Shown one piece after another: positions 1 to 13,206 of a stretch of 64,000 bases of DNA. The translations under genes were made by a program, and so were the position numbers. The notes under the pieces were generated by a model that was given only the letters and a program-made list of their open reading frames with translations, was not told the origin of the DNA and did no database searches. Positions within the stretch are counted from its first letter, which is position 1, and every line of letters starts with the position of its first letter. The stretch is from Octopus bimaculoides. Lineage: Eukaryota. The DNA is taken from assembly GCF_001194135.2 (NCBI RefSeq), contig NC_068986.1, positions 85,244,342-85,308,341 of the forward strand, given 5' to 3'.

Positions 1-446
1 TGTTCTCAACTGTATTCTAGTAGATGATGATAAATCAGTTTATCACCATCAACTATAATACATTTGATAACTCGCAAAGGATTTAATTCTAAATGGCGGA
101 TGACGACATGTTGCATAAAATCTTGTAAATATAAATAACTACGTCATCACTTCTTTATCTTGACCCCACTATTTTTCCTCTGCTACTCACTAAATTAATA
201 ATATAGACATTATTTTCTAAACTCATTTTAACACAGATATAACATATATATCAATTAAATGGAACCGCTTGAAACGGACACCTGTACATCCTTGTTACTT
301 AATTACATTCTGTTCACCTAACTTGAAGCAGACAAGGTGCCTCAATTTAAGTACCTAATTCAACTGAATCATAGTTATATGTGTTTGTGTGTTTTATATA
401 TGTTATGTATATATATGTGTATATGTTATATATATACACACACACA

Positions 447-484
<38 letters not shown>

Positions 485-1603
485 NNNNNNNNNNNNNNNN
501 NNNNNNNNNNNNNNNNNNNNNNNNNNNNNNNNNNNNNNNNNNNNNNNNNNNNNNNNNNNNNNNNNNNNNNNNNNNNNNNNNNNNNNNNNNNNNNNNNNNN
601 NNNNNNNNNNNNNNNNNNNNNNNNNNNNNNNNNNNNNNNNNNNNNNNNNNNNNNNNNNNNNNNNNNNNNNNNNNNNNNNNNNNNNNNNNNNNNNNNNNNN
701 NNNNNNNNNNNNNNNNNNNNNNNNNNNNNNNNNNNNNNNNNNNNNNNNNNNNNNNNNNNNNNNNNNNNNNNNNNNNNNNNNNNNNNNNNNNNNNNNNNNN
801 NNNNNNNNNNNNNNNNNNNNNNNNNNNNNNNNNNNNNNNNNNNNNNNNNNNNNNNNNNNNNNNNNNNNNNAAAAAATAAGTACTGTGTCGATTTGTTCGA
901 TCAAATCCCAACAAGGCTGCAATACAATCCCCGAAACAAGTAAAGGATAAACAAAATGTATACAAACATACACGAGTAAGCACATAAATACAAAACAAGG
1001 CGGGAAACTGGTACTGGAATACCGAAGGCAAAATACGATCCTTTTTGTTTTATTGATGTACATTGATGATTAAATTTCAATTAAATATTACATTTGATCA
1101 CTTGTTTTCTTTATTCAAAATTCAGACAGAACTTATGGGATGACCTGATATATATTTGGCTTAATGTACTATAACAGAAACAAATTGGAGCGAACAATGA
1201 ATGGATATATTATTGTAAAATATTCGTAAACTCTGTAGGGCAAATACTCTTCAGCTATCTTGAATTGTACAATGCCAGTTAAGTTTACAGTAGTTGAATG
1301 TCAATGAACTACTAAATATAATTTACGGTGTGCTGCACCGCTGTGAATAGAAATGCTCTTTTAGTAACATGAATTGTATTGACATCAATTTCATTCGAAC
1401 CTCCGGACATTTGGTATTTTCATTCATTCCAGACCAGCTTACAACAAATGACATATTAATGAATTTTATTTCGTGACTCAAAAACAATTAATACATATAT
1501 TGATGCCAACTACGTGTTAATTTCTATTGGAGGTTTAAGGTTTCTACCAAGCTTATGTCGTATCTATGGTGCACATCAGAATCATGGAATTTTCTTTTCA
1601 AAT

Positions 1604-1766
1604 AGGCGCAGGAGTGGCTGTGTGGTAAGTAGCTTTCTTACCAACCACATGGTTCCTGGTTCAGTCCCACTGCGTGGCACCTTGGGCAAGTGTCTTCTAC
1701 TATAGCCTCGGGCCGACCAAAGCCTTGTGAGTGGACTTGGTACACGGAAACTGAAAGAAACCCGTC

Positions 1767-1804
<38 letters not shown>

Positions 1805-2395
1805 NNNNNNNNNNNNNNNNNNNNNNNNNNNNNNNNNNNNNNNNNNNNNNNNNNNNNNNNNNNNNNNNNNNNNNNNNNNNNNNNNNNNNNNNNNNNNNNN
1901 NNNNNNNNNNNNNNNNNNNNNNNNNNNNNNNNNNNNNNNNNNNNNNNNNNNNNNNNNNNNNNNNNNNNNNNNNNNNNNNNNNNNNNNNNNNNNNNNNNNN
2001 NNNNNNNNNNNNNNNNNNNNNNNNNNNNNNNNNNNNNNNNNNNNNNNNNNNNNNNNNNNNNNNNNNNNNNNNNNNNNNNNNNNNNNNNNNNNNNNNNNNN
2101 NNNNNNNNNNNNNNNNNNNNNNNNNNNNNNNNNNNNNNNNNNNNNNNTGTGTGTGTGTGTGTTTGTTTGTGTGTCTGTGTTTGTTCCCCTAGCATTGCTT
2201 GACAACCGATGCTGGTGTGTTTATGTCCCTGTCACTTAGCGGTTCGGCAAAATAGTCCGATAGAATAAGCACTAGGCTTACAAAGAATAAGTCCCGGGGT
2301 TGATTTGCTCGACTAAAGACGGTGCTCCAGCATGGCCGCAGTCAAACGACTGAAACAAGTAAAAGAGTAAAAGAGAGTAAAGAGTAAAGAGTAAA
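1604..2395 (+). mobile_element. SINE family A (tRNA-like head, internal microsatellite, GTAAAAGA tail), spans an N-gap
   Basis: Head aggcgcaggagtggctgtgtggtaagtagc...ggttcagtcccactgcgtggcacc; body ttgacaaccgatgctggtg...gctccagcatggccgcagtc; tail (gtaaaaga)n. Homologous copies at 12730-13206 and 57000-57412. Confidence 0.85.
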
Positions 2396-3280
2396 TATTC
2401 ACTCAACACTCACAATGCTGCAGTGTTCTGCATGGGAGATCAGAACGATCAAAATTTCAAAACTCCTCGTCAATTGCATCTTAGCCTTAAAGACAATAGG
2501 AGTGACATCCTTTGTAACTAAAATGACTTTTTTTAATTATAAATATTTGTTTTATTTATTTATTTATTGTTATGTTTTTTTTTTGTTTTTTTTTTTCATT
2601 ATACTCTTTCAATAATTCCATATTTTAGTTTTCTGAAATAATACTAAATAATTTTCCTGTAATACCTTTGGTATTCAATTTGTTTTCCTAAACAGTATGT
2701 CTTTCGAATAATCGTTGTAACAGAAATAGAGAGCCTTCCAATTAGTATTTTTATATCCCGTACTTCAGGACATTAGAATTTTTATGTACTTATAAATATT
2801 TAGCTATTGCATTTATATGTACAGTATCTTGTAATACTTTAATCTTCCACGAAACAACACTTTGATACAACAAACAAGAGAACCGTCCTTAATTCAAATA
2901 TCAAATAACGCGACAGAATGGGTTTTTGATATAGTTTATGAATAAATTAATGAAAATTTATTTATTATACACTTGTTTTGGTCTCTCTTAAATTACAAAC
3001 ACCAAACGAAAACTAAGTATATGTTTTTACAGAATAAGATTTCAGCCATAAACATTTATTCGCTTATAATGGTTGGTGCGTAATATTTATTACATAAAGT
3101 TTTATAATACGTATATACTTTTTGATTCTTTATAAACTTATATATTTTAAATTTTAAGAGATTATTTCATTTACAACACAACTCTCTGCTCGTTCAAAAC
3201 CACCTTCTGTCTCTTCTTCTCATTCTACTATTCCCTATTCAGTAAATATTTTGTATGTATGCAATGTTCTGCAAAACTAA

Positions 3281-3663
3281 AAGGACGGCGAGCTTGCAGA
3301 ATCGTTAACACGCTACGCAAAATGATTTGTGACGTTTCGTCCGTCTTTACGTTGTGAGTTTAAATTCCGCCAAGATCGACTTTGCCTTTCATTCTCTCGG
3401 AGTCGATGAAATAAGTACAAGTTGAAAACTGGCGTTGATTTAATCGACTTGCTTCTTCCCCGAAATTGCTGCCCGTTTGATAAAATTAGAAAGAAATATT
3501 CAAATATTCTACAAAATCCGCTTCAGTATTATTTCTGACAAAAAGCAGTGAATTGGCAGAAACTTTAGCAAGCCAGGCAAAATGCTTAGCTTTATTTCGT
3601 TTGTCTTTACGTTCTGAGTTCAAATTCCGCCGAGGTCGATGTTGTCTTTGTTCCTTTTGGGAG
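3281..3663 (+). mobile_element. Two adjacent SINE family B copies (about 3281-3492 and 3550-3663, the second cut by a gap)
   Basis: Shared head ggcggcgagct(g/t)gcagaatcgttag...aaatgcttagc...cgttctgagttcaaattccgccgaggtcgac (B-box-like gagttcaaattcc). Confidence 0.8.
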
Positions 3664-3899
3664 NNNNNNNNNNNNNNNNNNNNNNNNNNNNNNNNNNNNN
3701 NNNNNNNNNNNNNNNNNNNNNNNNNNNNNNNNNNNNNNNNNNNNNNNNNNNNNNNNNNNNNNNNNNNNNNNNNNNNNNNNNNNNNNNNNNNNNNNNNNNN
3801 NNNNNNNNNNNNNNNNNNNNNNNNNNNNNNNNNNNNNNNNNNNNNNNNNNNNNNNNNNNNNNNNNNNNNNNNNNNNNNNNNNNNNNNNNNNNNNNAAAT

Positions 3900-3930
<31 letters not shown>

Positions 3931-4054
3931 AAGGAGGTGTACTTTCATAGCAAGTGACCTGATCTGAGATCGTGTGCTGGAACCAAAACAATTGCAGCGT
4001 GGAAGGTGTTTATAAGCCATTTAAGAAACACAAAAACACCGTTAGATTCACTTC

Positions 4055-4206
4055 AACATTTAGATTTAATTTGCCAAAATATTTTCGTCACTTTGAGACC
4101 GCGACCTGTTCACTGACAAAATTCCGATGCAGCACGGAATTTTGTCATTGAACAGGTCGCGGTCTCAAACCGACGAAAATATTTTGGTAAATTAAATTTA
4201 AATGTT
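4055..4206. repeat. Near-perfect inverted repeat (about 72-bp arms, 8-nt loop)
   Basis: aacatttagatttaatttgccaaaatattttcgtc...gacaaaattccg | atgcagca | cggaattttgtc...gacgaaaatattttggtaaattaaatttaaatgtt. Confidence 0.92.
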
Positions 4207-5937
4207 TCAATTAAATTAACCAAATGACTGAAATTAATTGCTCTCATTCATGCGATATCAACTATTTAAAAGTTAAACATGCAGCAACTGGAGATACACG
4301 GAGAAAATAATACGCTCTTCAGGTTATAGGTTAGAAAGATGTATCTTCAGCCAACAATCAAAGGTTTTCTAATCGTAACCATCCCTTAAAATATGGGAGA
4401 ATCATATATTCAGCATTTTACACACCGGATTTTAGATTCCGAAAACTACAGCTATGTGATTGATGTACAAAGTGAAGGCGATATCTAAATTCTATTAGTT
4501 TTGCAAATTTGTATATAAAAATTCCTTTTGTTTTAAATATTAGAAGTTATGTATTAGTGATGTTCACACTAAAATCATAGATATTTCATAACGTATTCAG
4601 AATTTCCATCCGGGTATTAGAGAAATCCGAATTCGAAGGAGACTGAGGAGAATTGGCGTCGTCAACAATGATAATAGAAAATTCAGTGAGAGTGTGTTGA
4701 GTATCATTGTTTTACACTTTGTTGTATGGAGTGGATAAGCTGGGGTATATGCTAAGATTCTTGAAAAGAGTGTGATTAAAATGGCTGGTTGGTGGGGATC
4801 AAGAGTGAATAGATTATTTTGTAGAGACTTAGAGTGGTGAGGAAGTAATGCTAGTGACCGTGTGGTCTGTGGTAGTTAGGAGAATGAAAAAAGAGGTCTG
4901 GAATAAAAGTGATTGGGTTGAAAATGTGGGTGGACGGCAAAGCAATAGAAATACATGTTGGAGGGAAAAGTGTGACGCCAGTTAATCAAGAAAAGGGAAG
5001 TTCGGTGTGAAAGGTGTAGGATGATATACAAGCAGCCGATGTAATGCCAGGCAGGTAAAGTGCAGCGTATTTTAATTATTGATATAAGCATTTACACAGC
5101 TGCAATAGAACATGCAAACTTGTAAGGCAACGATGAGCAGAACAGAAGAGAATAGGTGGCATTATTAGAACGTCGCGTATTCGTAAAGTAGGAGTACTTC
5201 TTCGCAAAATGAGTTGTAAATTTTGGTCGATCGGATATGGGTCATAGTGCTAACAAACTTCAAAGAGAGTGCATGGAGCAAACAGAGAAAGAATAGTTGA
5301 AGTGACGAGCCAAACTCTTGATGTATGAATAACCAGGTTTATTTCATTTTCAGTAACAAATGTGTGTTGCTAACAATGTCGTAGAGGGTACTATCTAGAT
5401 TCGGAGAAAAATGAGATTGCATATAATGTGCATATCTATAAAAGGAGATTTGTGAAAGATAATGTAAACTTCTTTTACTTTTAATGCGTTAATATCTCAG
5501 ATGAATTCTAAGCCAATCAAATGCAACTAAGCCGAATTTGAACTCATGTTTAAGTTTACTTTTAAAGTTTATTATATTGAGTTATTTCTTTAGAAATATT
5601 TACAGAGAATTCAGAGTTTAGATTTTGTTTGAGTTCCATGTCTTTTCTTTACCGCGACACATTTTAATGGAATCAAATAGCTACAGACCGTAACAGGTGC
5701 CGGTTGAAGGATTTAGCTTGCTCAACGGTTTATAAAGTATTGACTACGTTGGTTATGGCATACGAAATCTAGTTATTAGTAATAATATTATCTAGAGTAA
5801 CACTGGAATAAGTTTGGACTGTGTAATGTAATATGGTTGCATAAAAGTAGGCTAAATGATTGCATTAGGCAATCAGTTCCAAACTAATGAACAGAGAGCT
5901 ATATCCATTATCTTACTAACTTTTCTAACCTTTTCAG

Positions 5938-6021
5938 CATCAAAAACTTTGGAGAGGTTTTCACATCAAGAGGTTTTCACTTAATGCATTAATCCAACCT
6001 CTTAACAGAATACGTCCTCGG
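5938..6021 (+). other. Candidate orphan exon (84 nt), gene unknown
   Basis: Perfect branch point TACTAAC, then ttttctaaccttttcag; possible donor CGG/gtgggt at 6022. Only frame 0 is open (HQKLWRGFHIKRFSLNALIQPLNRIRPR). No recognisable homology. Confidence 0.3.
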
Positions 6022-6427
6022 GTGGGTGGATTTTGTGTTTTCTTTTCGTTTTGTTACATATCTTCAGATCATAATTTCTGTTCTTTCTTTTCTCGCATTA
6101 TCTTTCTGTCTCTTTCTCTCTCTTTCTTTCTCACTATTTCCACTTATTTCACTTTCTCATTTCCACATGCTTTCTTTGCATTTCTTCCTTTCTTCCTTGT
6201 ATACAGGTTGTCTCCCTTACTTTTCCCCCTCACCAAATCTACTTCAAAAGTTGATAAATGCATGCAAAATTACGTGTATCTATGCCCATTTATCCATGTA
6301 CGTATGTATACATGTATGTATGTATGTATACATGCATGTTTGTATGCATCCATGCATGCGTGTATGTATGCATGCATGTATATACATATGTATGTGTATA
6401 CACACACGTGTCTGCATGTTATCTACG

Positions 6428-6470
<43 letters not shown>

Positions 6471-6500
6471 TAGAAAATAGAGCTGATAAGGATGGACTCA

Positions 6501-6605
6501 TCGCTTAAGGACATACCTATCCCACCTAAAGGCACATATGTTAAAGAACTAATTTTAAGAATAAATGAATTCATTCATAGAATACGCTGGAGGATACATC
6601 ACTAG
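6501..6605 (+). mobile_element. Penelope-like element ORF N-terminal fragment
   Basis: SLKDIPIPPKGTYVKELILRINEFIHRIRWR resembles the recalled Penelope-like N-terminal motif SLKNIPIP...Y.K.LI...E.FI.R.RW. Confidence 0.6.
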
Positions 6606-7261
6606 GATAAGAAGACTTCCCAGTTGGATGTAAACCAGGTTGGCAGAATAACATAGTCTGCCATAGACACCTGTGCTTTGGTTCTTTCTTTCTTTTTCTT
6701 TCTTTTTTTGTCACTTTTGCTATGAATTAAATTAATGAATTCAACGGGATACACCGTCTGCAAGTAGTTGGGTTCAGCATATTATCCTCCATTTTCTAAT
6801 TGTTATACAAATTTTGGGTAAAACCTCCACTTTTACCCGCTCCCATTGATTGCACTTAGTATAGCACTAGTGTAGCAATAATTGGGTACCCTCCCAGCAG
6901 TATACTGGATAGATACTATCCCTTAGTGGGTTGAACCCCCAACCCCTAACTCTCTCACGTTATATATATATATATNNNNNNNNNNNNNNNNNNNNNNNNN
7001 NNNNNNNNNNNNNNNNNNNNNNNNNNNNNNNNNNNNNNNNNNNNNNNNNNNNNNNNNNNNNNNNNNNNNNNNNNNNNNNNNNNNNNNNNNNNNNNNNNNN
7101 NNNNNNNNNNNNNNNNNNNNNNNNNNNNNNNNNNNNNNNNNNNNNNNNNNNNNNNNNNNNNNNNNNNNNNNNNNNNNNNNNNNNNNNNNNNNNNNNNNNN
7201 NNNNNNNNNNNNNNNNNNNNNNNNNNNNNNNNNNNNNNNNNNNNNNNNNNNNNNNNNNNNN

Positions 7262-7306
<45 letters not shown>

Positions 7307-8151
7307 GTATATATGCACATATACACACTATATATGTATATATGTTCGTGCTTGTCACGCGTAGTGACAATGTACATGTGTCTGCCTATATATTTGTAGT
7401 CAGTGTGTTTATGATCCTGGATGCAAGCAAGTCAGACAGTGATCACGAAGCACGCTTCGCAAAAAAGATCCATTTCATTTAATAGGGTAGATTTTTCTGT
7501 ATATGATTGTTGCACCAAAAGAGGCAACGCAGCTGACTATCTAGAAATGGAGGAAGAGAGATTATTCCTTCTTCGATTAAGCCTTCAAATTTCTTTTTAA
7601 TATTGTTTTTGGAAAGGTAAGTGAGGGAGAAGAGGGAAATGTGATGACTATGGCCAAAATGGTTAGTGCGAATAGAACTATTCTAAATTTTCCTGTGTAT
7701 TTGAAGAAAATGAATACTAGATTGCTTGTGCCTTTGGTTAAAGCAATCTTGTATATATGAGTTTCCTTAATTATTTCTAGTTTGAGGCTGTACTATATAA
7801 GGATGTTTATAATAGACATGTATTCATATATTTTGGTATACTGTGTGTACTTATCATGTTATCTTTCCTACCCAGTTTTTCTTTATTCGCTAATTTTATG
7901 TAAATCCCAACATCATTGCACTCCCTCTTTGTAAAGATCCCTACATCCATTTCCGCTGTAGCAAATAAAAGTCATCATGTCGTATTCTTTCCGAAAATAT
8001 CTCACAAAGGCGAGAATAGTCTCCTATGTTACAGAAATTATCAAGGTTTCTTCTACTGTATCCAGCTGTTCAAACTTCTACGCTGATCTTTGTTGCTCCA
8101 CCTCCGCCAGATTTCTTTATCCACACCAGGCCAACTTTGTTTGTACATACA

Positions 8152-8185
<34 letters not shown>

Positions 8186-8203
8186 CATACATACATGCAT
8201 ACA

Positions 8204-8259
<56 letters not shown>

Positions 8260-9655
8260 CGTATAAGTAATATTCGTAGCCCTTTTAACAAGGCTGTCCG
8301 TTCGAGCGGAATTTACTGCGACTTTTTAACCCGAAGAGAACATCTCCTTTAGCTGGTTAACGATGCACAGCTGCGTCCGATAAAACTGCGAGTAGAGGAG
8401 CGAAACCCTACCTTCTAGCGACGGGACCAGTAGATAAGTCCTGGTTTCGGGCTATTTCTGCCCCTCCTCAGTACTGGACACCTCGTCTGTCGAGATATAT
8501 TCTTTATTGTGATAATATTTATCGGACGGAGGACACTACAGGACATCACAAATAAAAAGTGTTCACAGGTTCATAAATGAGTTTTAAAAATATGATGATG
8601 TGTTTACATTTAATTAAGAAAAAATTAAACCTTGGCCGTGAAGTCCACCTGCTACACCGTATTACTTTACATTTTTAGTTTGGGGAGGGACTGCACGCTT
8701 TCAGCTTCCTCCCCATCCTTTTCTTCTGTGGTGTAGCCGCTGAACTAACCATAAAACTTTGGCCACCCATCTCTTTGTTAACATCATTGATGTCGTCTGG
8801 GTATCTGTTTTTTTTTTAATTCCGTGAATAAGTCCACCTCCATTCTAGCAATTCTAATATGAGGTGGCATGTCTTTTCTAATTTTATACACTTGAGCTTT
8901 ATGGCTAGGTCGGATTACTGTGGAAAGCACCTAATAATTCTGCCAGAGATGACAGCAGCTCGCTTCTGCACGCAATATATATATATATANNNNNNNNNNN
9001 NNNNNNNNNNNNNNNNNNNNNNNNNNNNNNNNNNNNNNNNNNNNNNNNNNNNNNNNNNNNNNNNNNNNNNNNNNNNNNNNNNNNNNNNNNNNNNNNNNNN
9101 NNNNNNNNNNNNNNNNNNNNNNNNNNNNNNNNNNNNNNNNNNNNNNNNNNNNNNNNNNNNNNNNNNNNNNNNNNNNNNNNNNNNNNNNNNNNNNNNNNNN
9201 NNNNNNNNNNNNNNNNNNNNNNNNNNNNNNNNNNNNNNNNNNNNNNNNNNNNNNNNNNNNNNNNNNNNNNNNNNNNNNNNNNNNNNNNNNNNNNNNNNNN
9301 NNNNNNNNNNNNNNNNNNNNNNNNNNNNNNNNNNNNNNNNNNNNNNNNNNNNNNNNNNNNNNNNNNNNNNNNNNNNNNNNNNNNNNNNNNNNNNNNNNNN
9401 NNNNNNNNNNNNNNNNNNNNNNNNNNNNNNNNNNNNNNNNNNNNNNNNNNNNNNNNNNNNNNNNNNNNNNNNNNNNNNNNNNNNNNNNNNNNNNNNNNNN
9501 NNNNNNNNNNNNNNNNNNNNNNNNNNNNNNNNNNNNNNNNNNNNNNNNNNNNNNNNNNNNNNNNNNNNNNNNNNNNNNNNNNNNNNNNNNNNNNNNNNNN
9601 NNNNNNNNNNNNNNNNNNNNNNNNNNNNNNNNNNNNNNNNNNNNNNNNNNNNNNN

Positions 9656-9689
<34 letters not shown>

Positions 9690-9771
9690 CACACATATAA
9701 AATAAAAACAGCTCTACTATAATAAATATTATTAACCACATATACTTAAAGTGTATGCTTCATATATTTTC

Positions 9772-9980
9772 CGTTGGCTGCAATAACGTGGTAGAGTATA
9801 TACACTTTCAAAGCACCGAGTATTAAAGCAACGCGGAGGCATGACAGGCGAAGTAATTCACCCTCAATCCCATCACTTCTAAATGGGATTGAGGGTGAGT
9901 TACCTCACCTGTGTATGACTTTTTTTTATCAACTGGCGCTTTGAAATTGTACATACTCTACCATGTTATTGCTGCCAACG
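9772..9980. mobile_element. Palindromic MITE-like element
   Basis: Outer arms cgttggctgcaataacgtggtagagtat / atactctaccatgttattgctgccaacg; inner stem gtaattcaccctcaatcccat / atgggattgagggtgagttac; 9-nt loop at 9874-9882. Confidence 0.8.
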
Positions 9981-10899
9981 TAATATGTCCTCTTTGATGT
10001 CAACTGTTTTGTGTCATTCGTCGTGCTTTTGTTAGGAAGGTCCTCTTTTTTCGGTTTATTAAAACCGAAAGTGCTTGATTCTAAAAATTCAGTTTGCTAC
10101 GGCTGGAATTATCATAAGTATGTTAATTTTACAGGTAATGCTATTGTCGTTGAAATGAATTTCAAGAGTAGTTTTGACTTTCGAATTTCCATTATCATTC
10201 TTATTCGCTCAGCTTTCGCGCCGTGTTACTTGCATTTATGTTTAATTACATACAGAAAGCGACATTGTCTGTCTTTGCATGATCCCCCATTCGTACAGTT
10301 ACAAACCAACAGCATGGTTTGCTAATTTACGTCGTTTTATTATCTCCTTCATACATTTATCCAGCCTAAATATCATCATAAAATTGTTGCGGAATTACTT
10401 GCCTTTAATGTAGAGACATCATCAATATTTTCAGCATATGGTTACGGTTATTCATGAAAAGCTGATGGCAGATGAGTCTGAAATTCAATTTCCTTACGTC
10501 ATACTTCTAACTTGTTTTCTATTAACTAACACAAAGGCAACAATCATAGAATAAAATGAAAACCACAGGTACTATCACGTTAGAATATTCCTGGCTTAGA
10601 TATTCATATGACACAGGAGCTTAGTCATAATGTTTTCTGTTACTGAATGAGAACTATCTACAAACTCTTCATTTTTTATACATTTCATCGTTTCAGTTAA
10701 TCTGCTAGGGCGCATACTTTAAGACACAAGGGAAAGAAAACCGTTCGATTGATCTGGATTGCATATGTTCAAAGTAACGTCAAATCCTCATTTCGTTTAT
10801 TGACGGATTCGGAGTGTCGTGTACAACTTAATTCTATGTACGTGTGCTATAACTTACAACGACATTTGCTCACTGATCAGAGTGAATGACCACCTTGTG

Positions 10900-11270
10900 T
10901 CGTAGTGACCATAGACCCACTACTGCAGCGCTTTGCATCCCACGAGAATCCATGTTTGCATATGCTGACGATGTCATCGTAATAATGTTTGTTGGGAATC
11001 AAATACATCGCGTTGATTATTTCTACTCTAATGGAATACGAGGTCGTGACAGGAGTAGAAATTACCCAGAAGTCGTTTGGCCTGCGGGCCGCTACCTGAT
11101 GAGTAATGTTTTGAGGTGGTGGATGGAGAGACCATTTAAATAGTTCGGAGCTTGATTTTGTCCAGAAAATCCAGATGGACAAGAGCTGGAAACAGATGAC
11201 ATGCAGAGTATTTGGTCTCACCCAGAACTGGGTCGAGAAAAAGCTATTGAGGATACGAATTGAAAGCATT
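10900..11270 (+). mobile_element. L1/Tx1-like LINE RT fragment
   Basis: Translates ...SMFAYADDVIVI... (RT catalytic YADD), followed by frameshifted L1/Tx1-like sequence (cagatggacaagagctgg = QMDKSW). Confidence 0.6.
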
Positions 11271-12729
11271 CCATTAATAAGATCTGTTGTTTTGTGCGTC
11301 GCCTACAGTGGAGAAACTGACGGTCAATGAATAAGAATACAAAGAAAAACAGATGGCTTAATGAAAAGAGGGGAAAATTAAATGCAGGCATAACTGATCA
11401 CATTTAATGTGAGATTGTTAACAATATACAAACGGGGATTGAAGTTTTCATTATAAAATAAATTGCAGCAGGAAATCGGTAAAGACTAAGAAACAGTAAT
11501 TGTAGCGCTTAGAGATCACAGACAGTAAATCTAGAAATAGCTTCAGCTGAAGATAGCTGCCATTATTGTACGGTCAAAGTTAAATTCAACCAACATACAA
11601 TTACTTCACTGGATCAGAATGTTAATAGATCATAATGTTAATAACCACTATTTAGAAATATGGAATCCAAGTCCAAATCCATTTTCAAAATAAACCAAAT
11701 ATTGCAGAATATAACGATGATTTTAGATCGAACAGATCGAAATGTTGAATAAGTAAAAATATCCTGAACGTTGATAATAGATGGGTGGTGTTAGAGGATC
11801 GGTTACTGAGCGGAGGCATTCGATAACAATCTCTCAATCATTTTAGTTGTATTATGTTAAGCTAAATTATGTAAGGATTTATAGTAAACTTTGACATTAT
11901 ATATTTGACGAATATGAACGATCATTGATCACAATACTTCGATTGTTGTAACCAACCATAACATTTATTCAGAAGTGATGTATGAAGATTTCGCTAATTG
12001 CAGTCTTTGACTCCCGCGCAGCTCTCCGACCTCCTGATCCAGCGGAATATTTAAAATGTTATATGACAAGCAGAGAGAGGGGGGGGGAGAAAGATACAAA
12101 GAAGGAAAGGAAGTGAGACAGACTGACAGAGATAAATACACAGAGAGGGACCGACAAACAGAGGGTTGTACTAGGCCTATACTCGTTTTCAACTGATTGG
12201 AGTGAGGCAATATGAAATGTTGCGCTTTGCTCAAGGACAAAACACGCCATCCGCTTACACTGTAACACTATTGGTATATTCTAATAAAAATATTTTTGTA
12301 CAACAACCAGATATCTATTGGAATTAGTGTATGTTAATGTTAGACGGCTTGTCAAGGTTATCAGGTTTCATTGCATGAAACATAACATCAGAACATATCA
12401 CAATAAGATTCTGAAAGCATTAAAGTAATCATTGTCTAGGACATGACTGTCCACTCAGACAATCAAATTAAAGAGAATGTCTCTTGTATCATTGTGAATG
12501 ACAGCTTGGAAACACGTTTCCTACAACAAAAATAATCAATCCCCGTGGATTTATTAAATTTCTTAACAAAATATAGAAGTTATGAAACACATGACATGTA
12601 ATACAGAGCGATACTCCACGATTCATCAATACCATTAATACCATTAATACCATTAATAGAATAGAATATGATGTCCATATTGTGTCCATCATTCATTTTG
12701 CAGATGGTAATGTATGTATGTATTCTCTT

Positions 12730-13002
12730 ATTCTTTTATTATTTTACTTGTTTCGGTCATTTGACTACAGCCATGCTGGAGCACTGCCTTTAGTCGAGCA
12801 AATCGACTCCAGGACTTAGTCTTTGTAAGCCTAGTACTTATTCTATCGGTCGCCTTTGTCGAAGTGCTAGATTACGGGGATGTAAACGTACCAGCATCGG
12901 TTGTCAAGCGATGTTGGTAGACAAACACAGGCAAACACAAAAACAGATATTGGGGGACAAACACAAGCGATGCTGGAGACACACACATACATACAAGCAT
13001 AC

Positions 13003-13047
<45 letters not shown>

Positions 13048-13206
13048 TATTTACATATACATGACGGGATTCTTTCAGTTTCCGTCTACCAAATCCACTC
13101 ACAAGGCGTTGGTCGGCCCGAGACTGTAGTAGAAGACTCTAACCCAAGATGCCATGAGAACCCGAAACCATGTTGTTGGTAAGCAAGCTACTTACTACAC
13201 AGCCAC
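12730..13206 (-). mobile_element. SINE family A copy
   Basis: Reverse complement aligns to 1604-2395, including the internal (CA)/(TA)/(CATA) tract. Confidence 0.85.

Noticed and set aside
2413-2517. Possible minus-strand exon (cattttag...gtgagt; TKDVTPIVFKAKMQLTRSFEILIVLISHAEHCSI)
   Set aside because: No homology recognised and no partner exons; splice-like motifs this weak are common by chance.
4700-5400. Purine-rich stretches with faint Penelope/LINE-like translations (also about 7500-8130, 20000-20900, 58200-58420, 60060-60420)
   Set aside because: Similarity is too fragmentary to assign without a profile search.
5742-5795. GYGIRNL peptide resembling the 'GYG..D' motif of beta-lactamase N-termini
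   Set aside because: Bounded by in-frame stops a few codons either side, with no suitable splice sites; likely chance.
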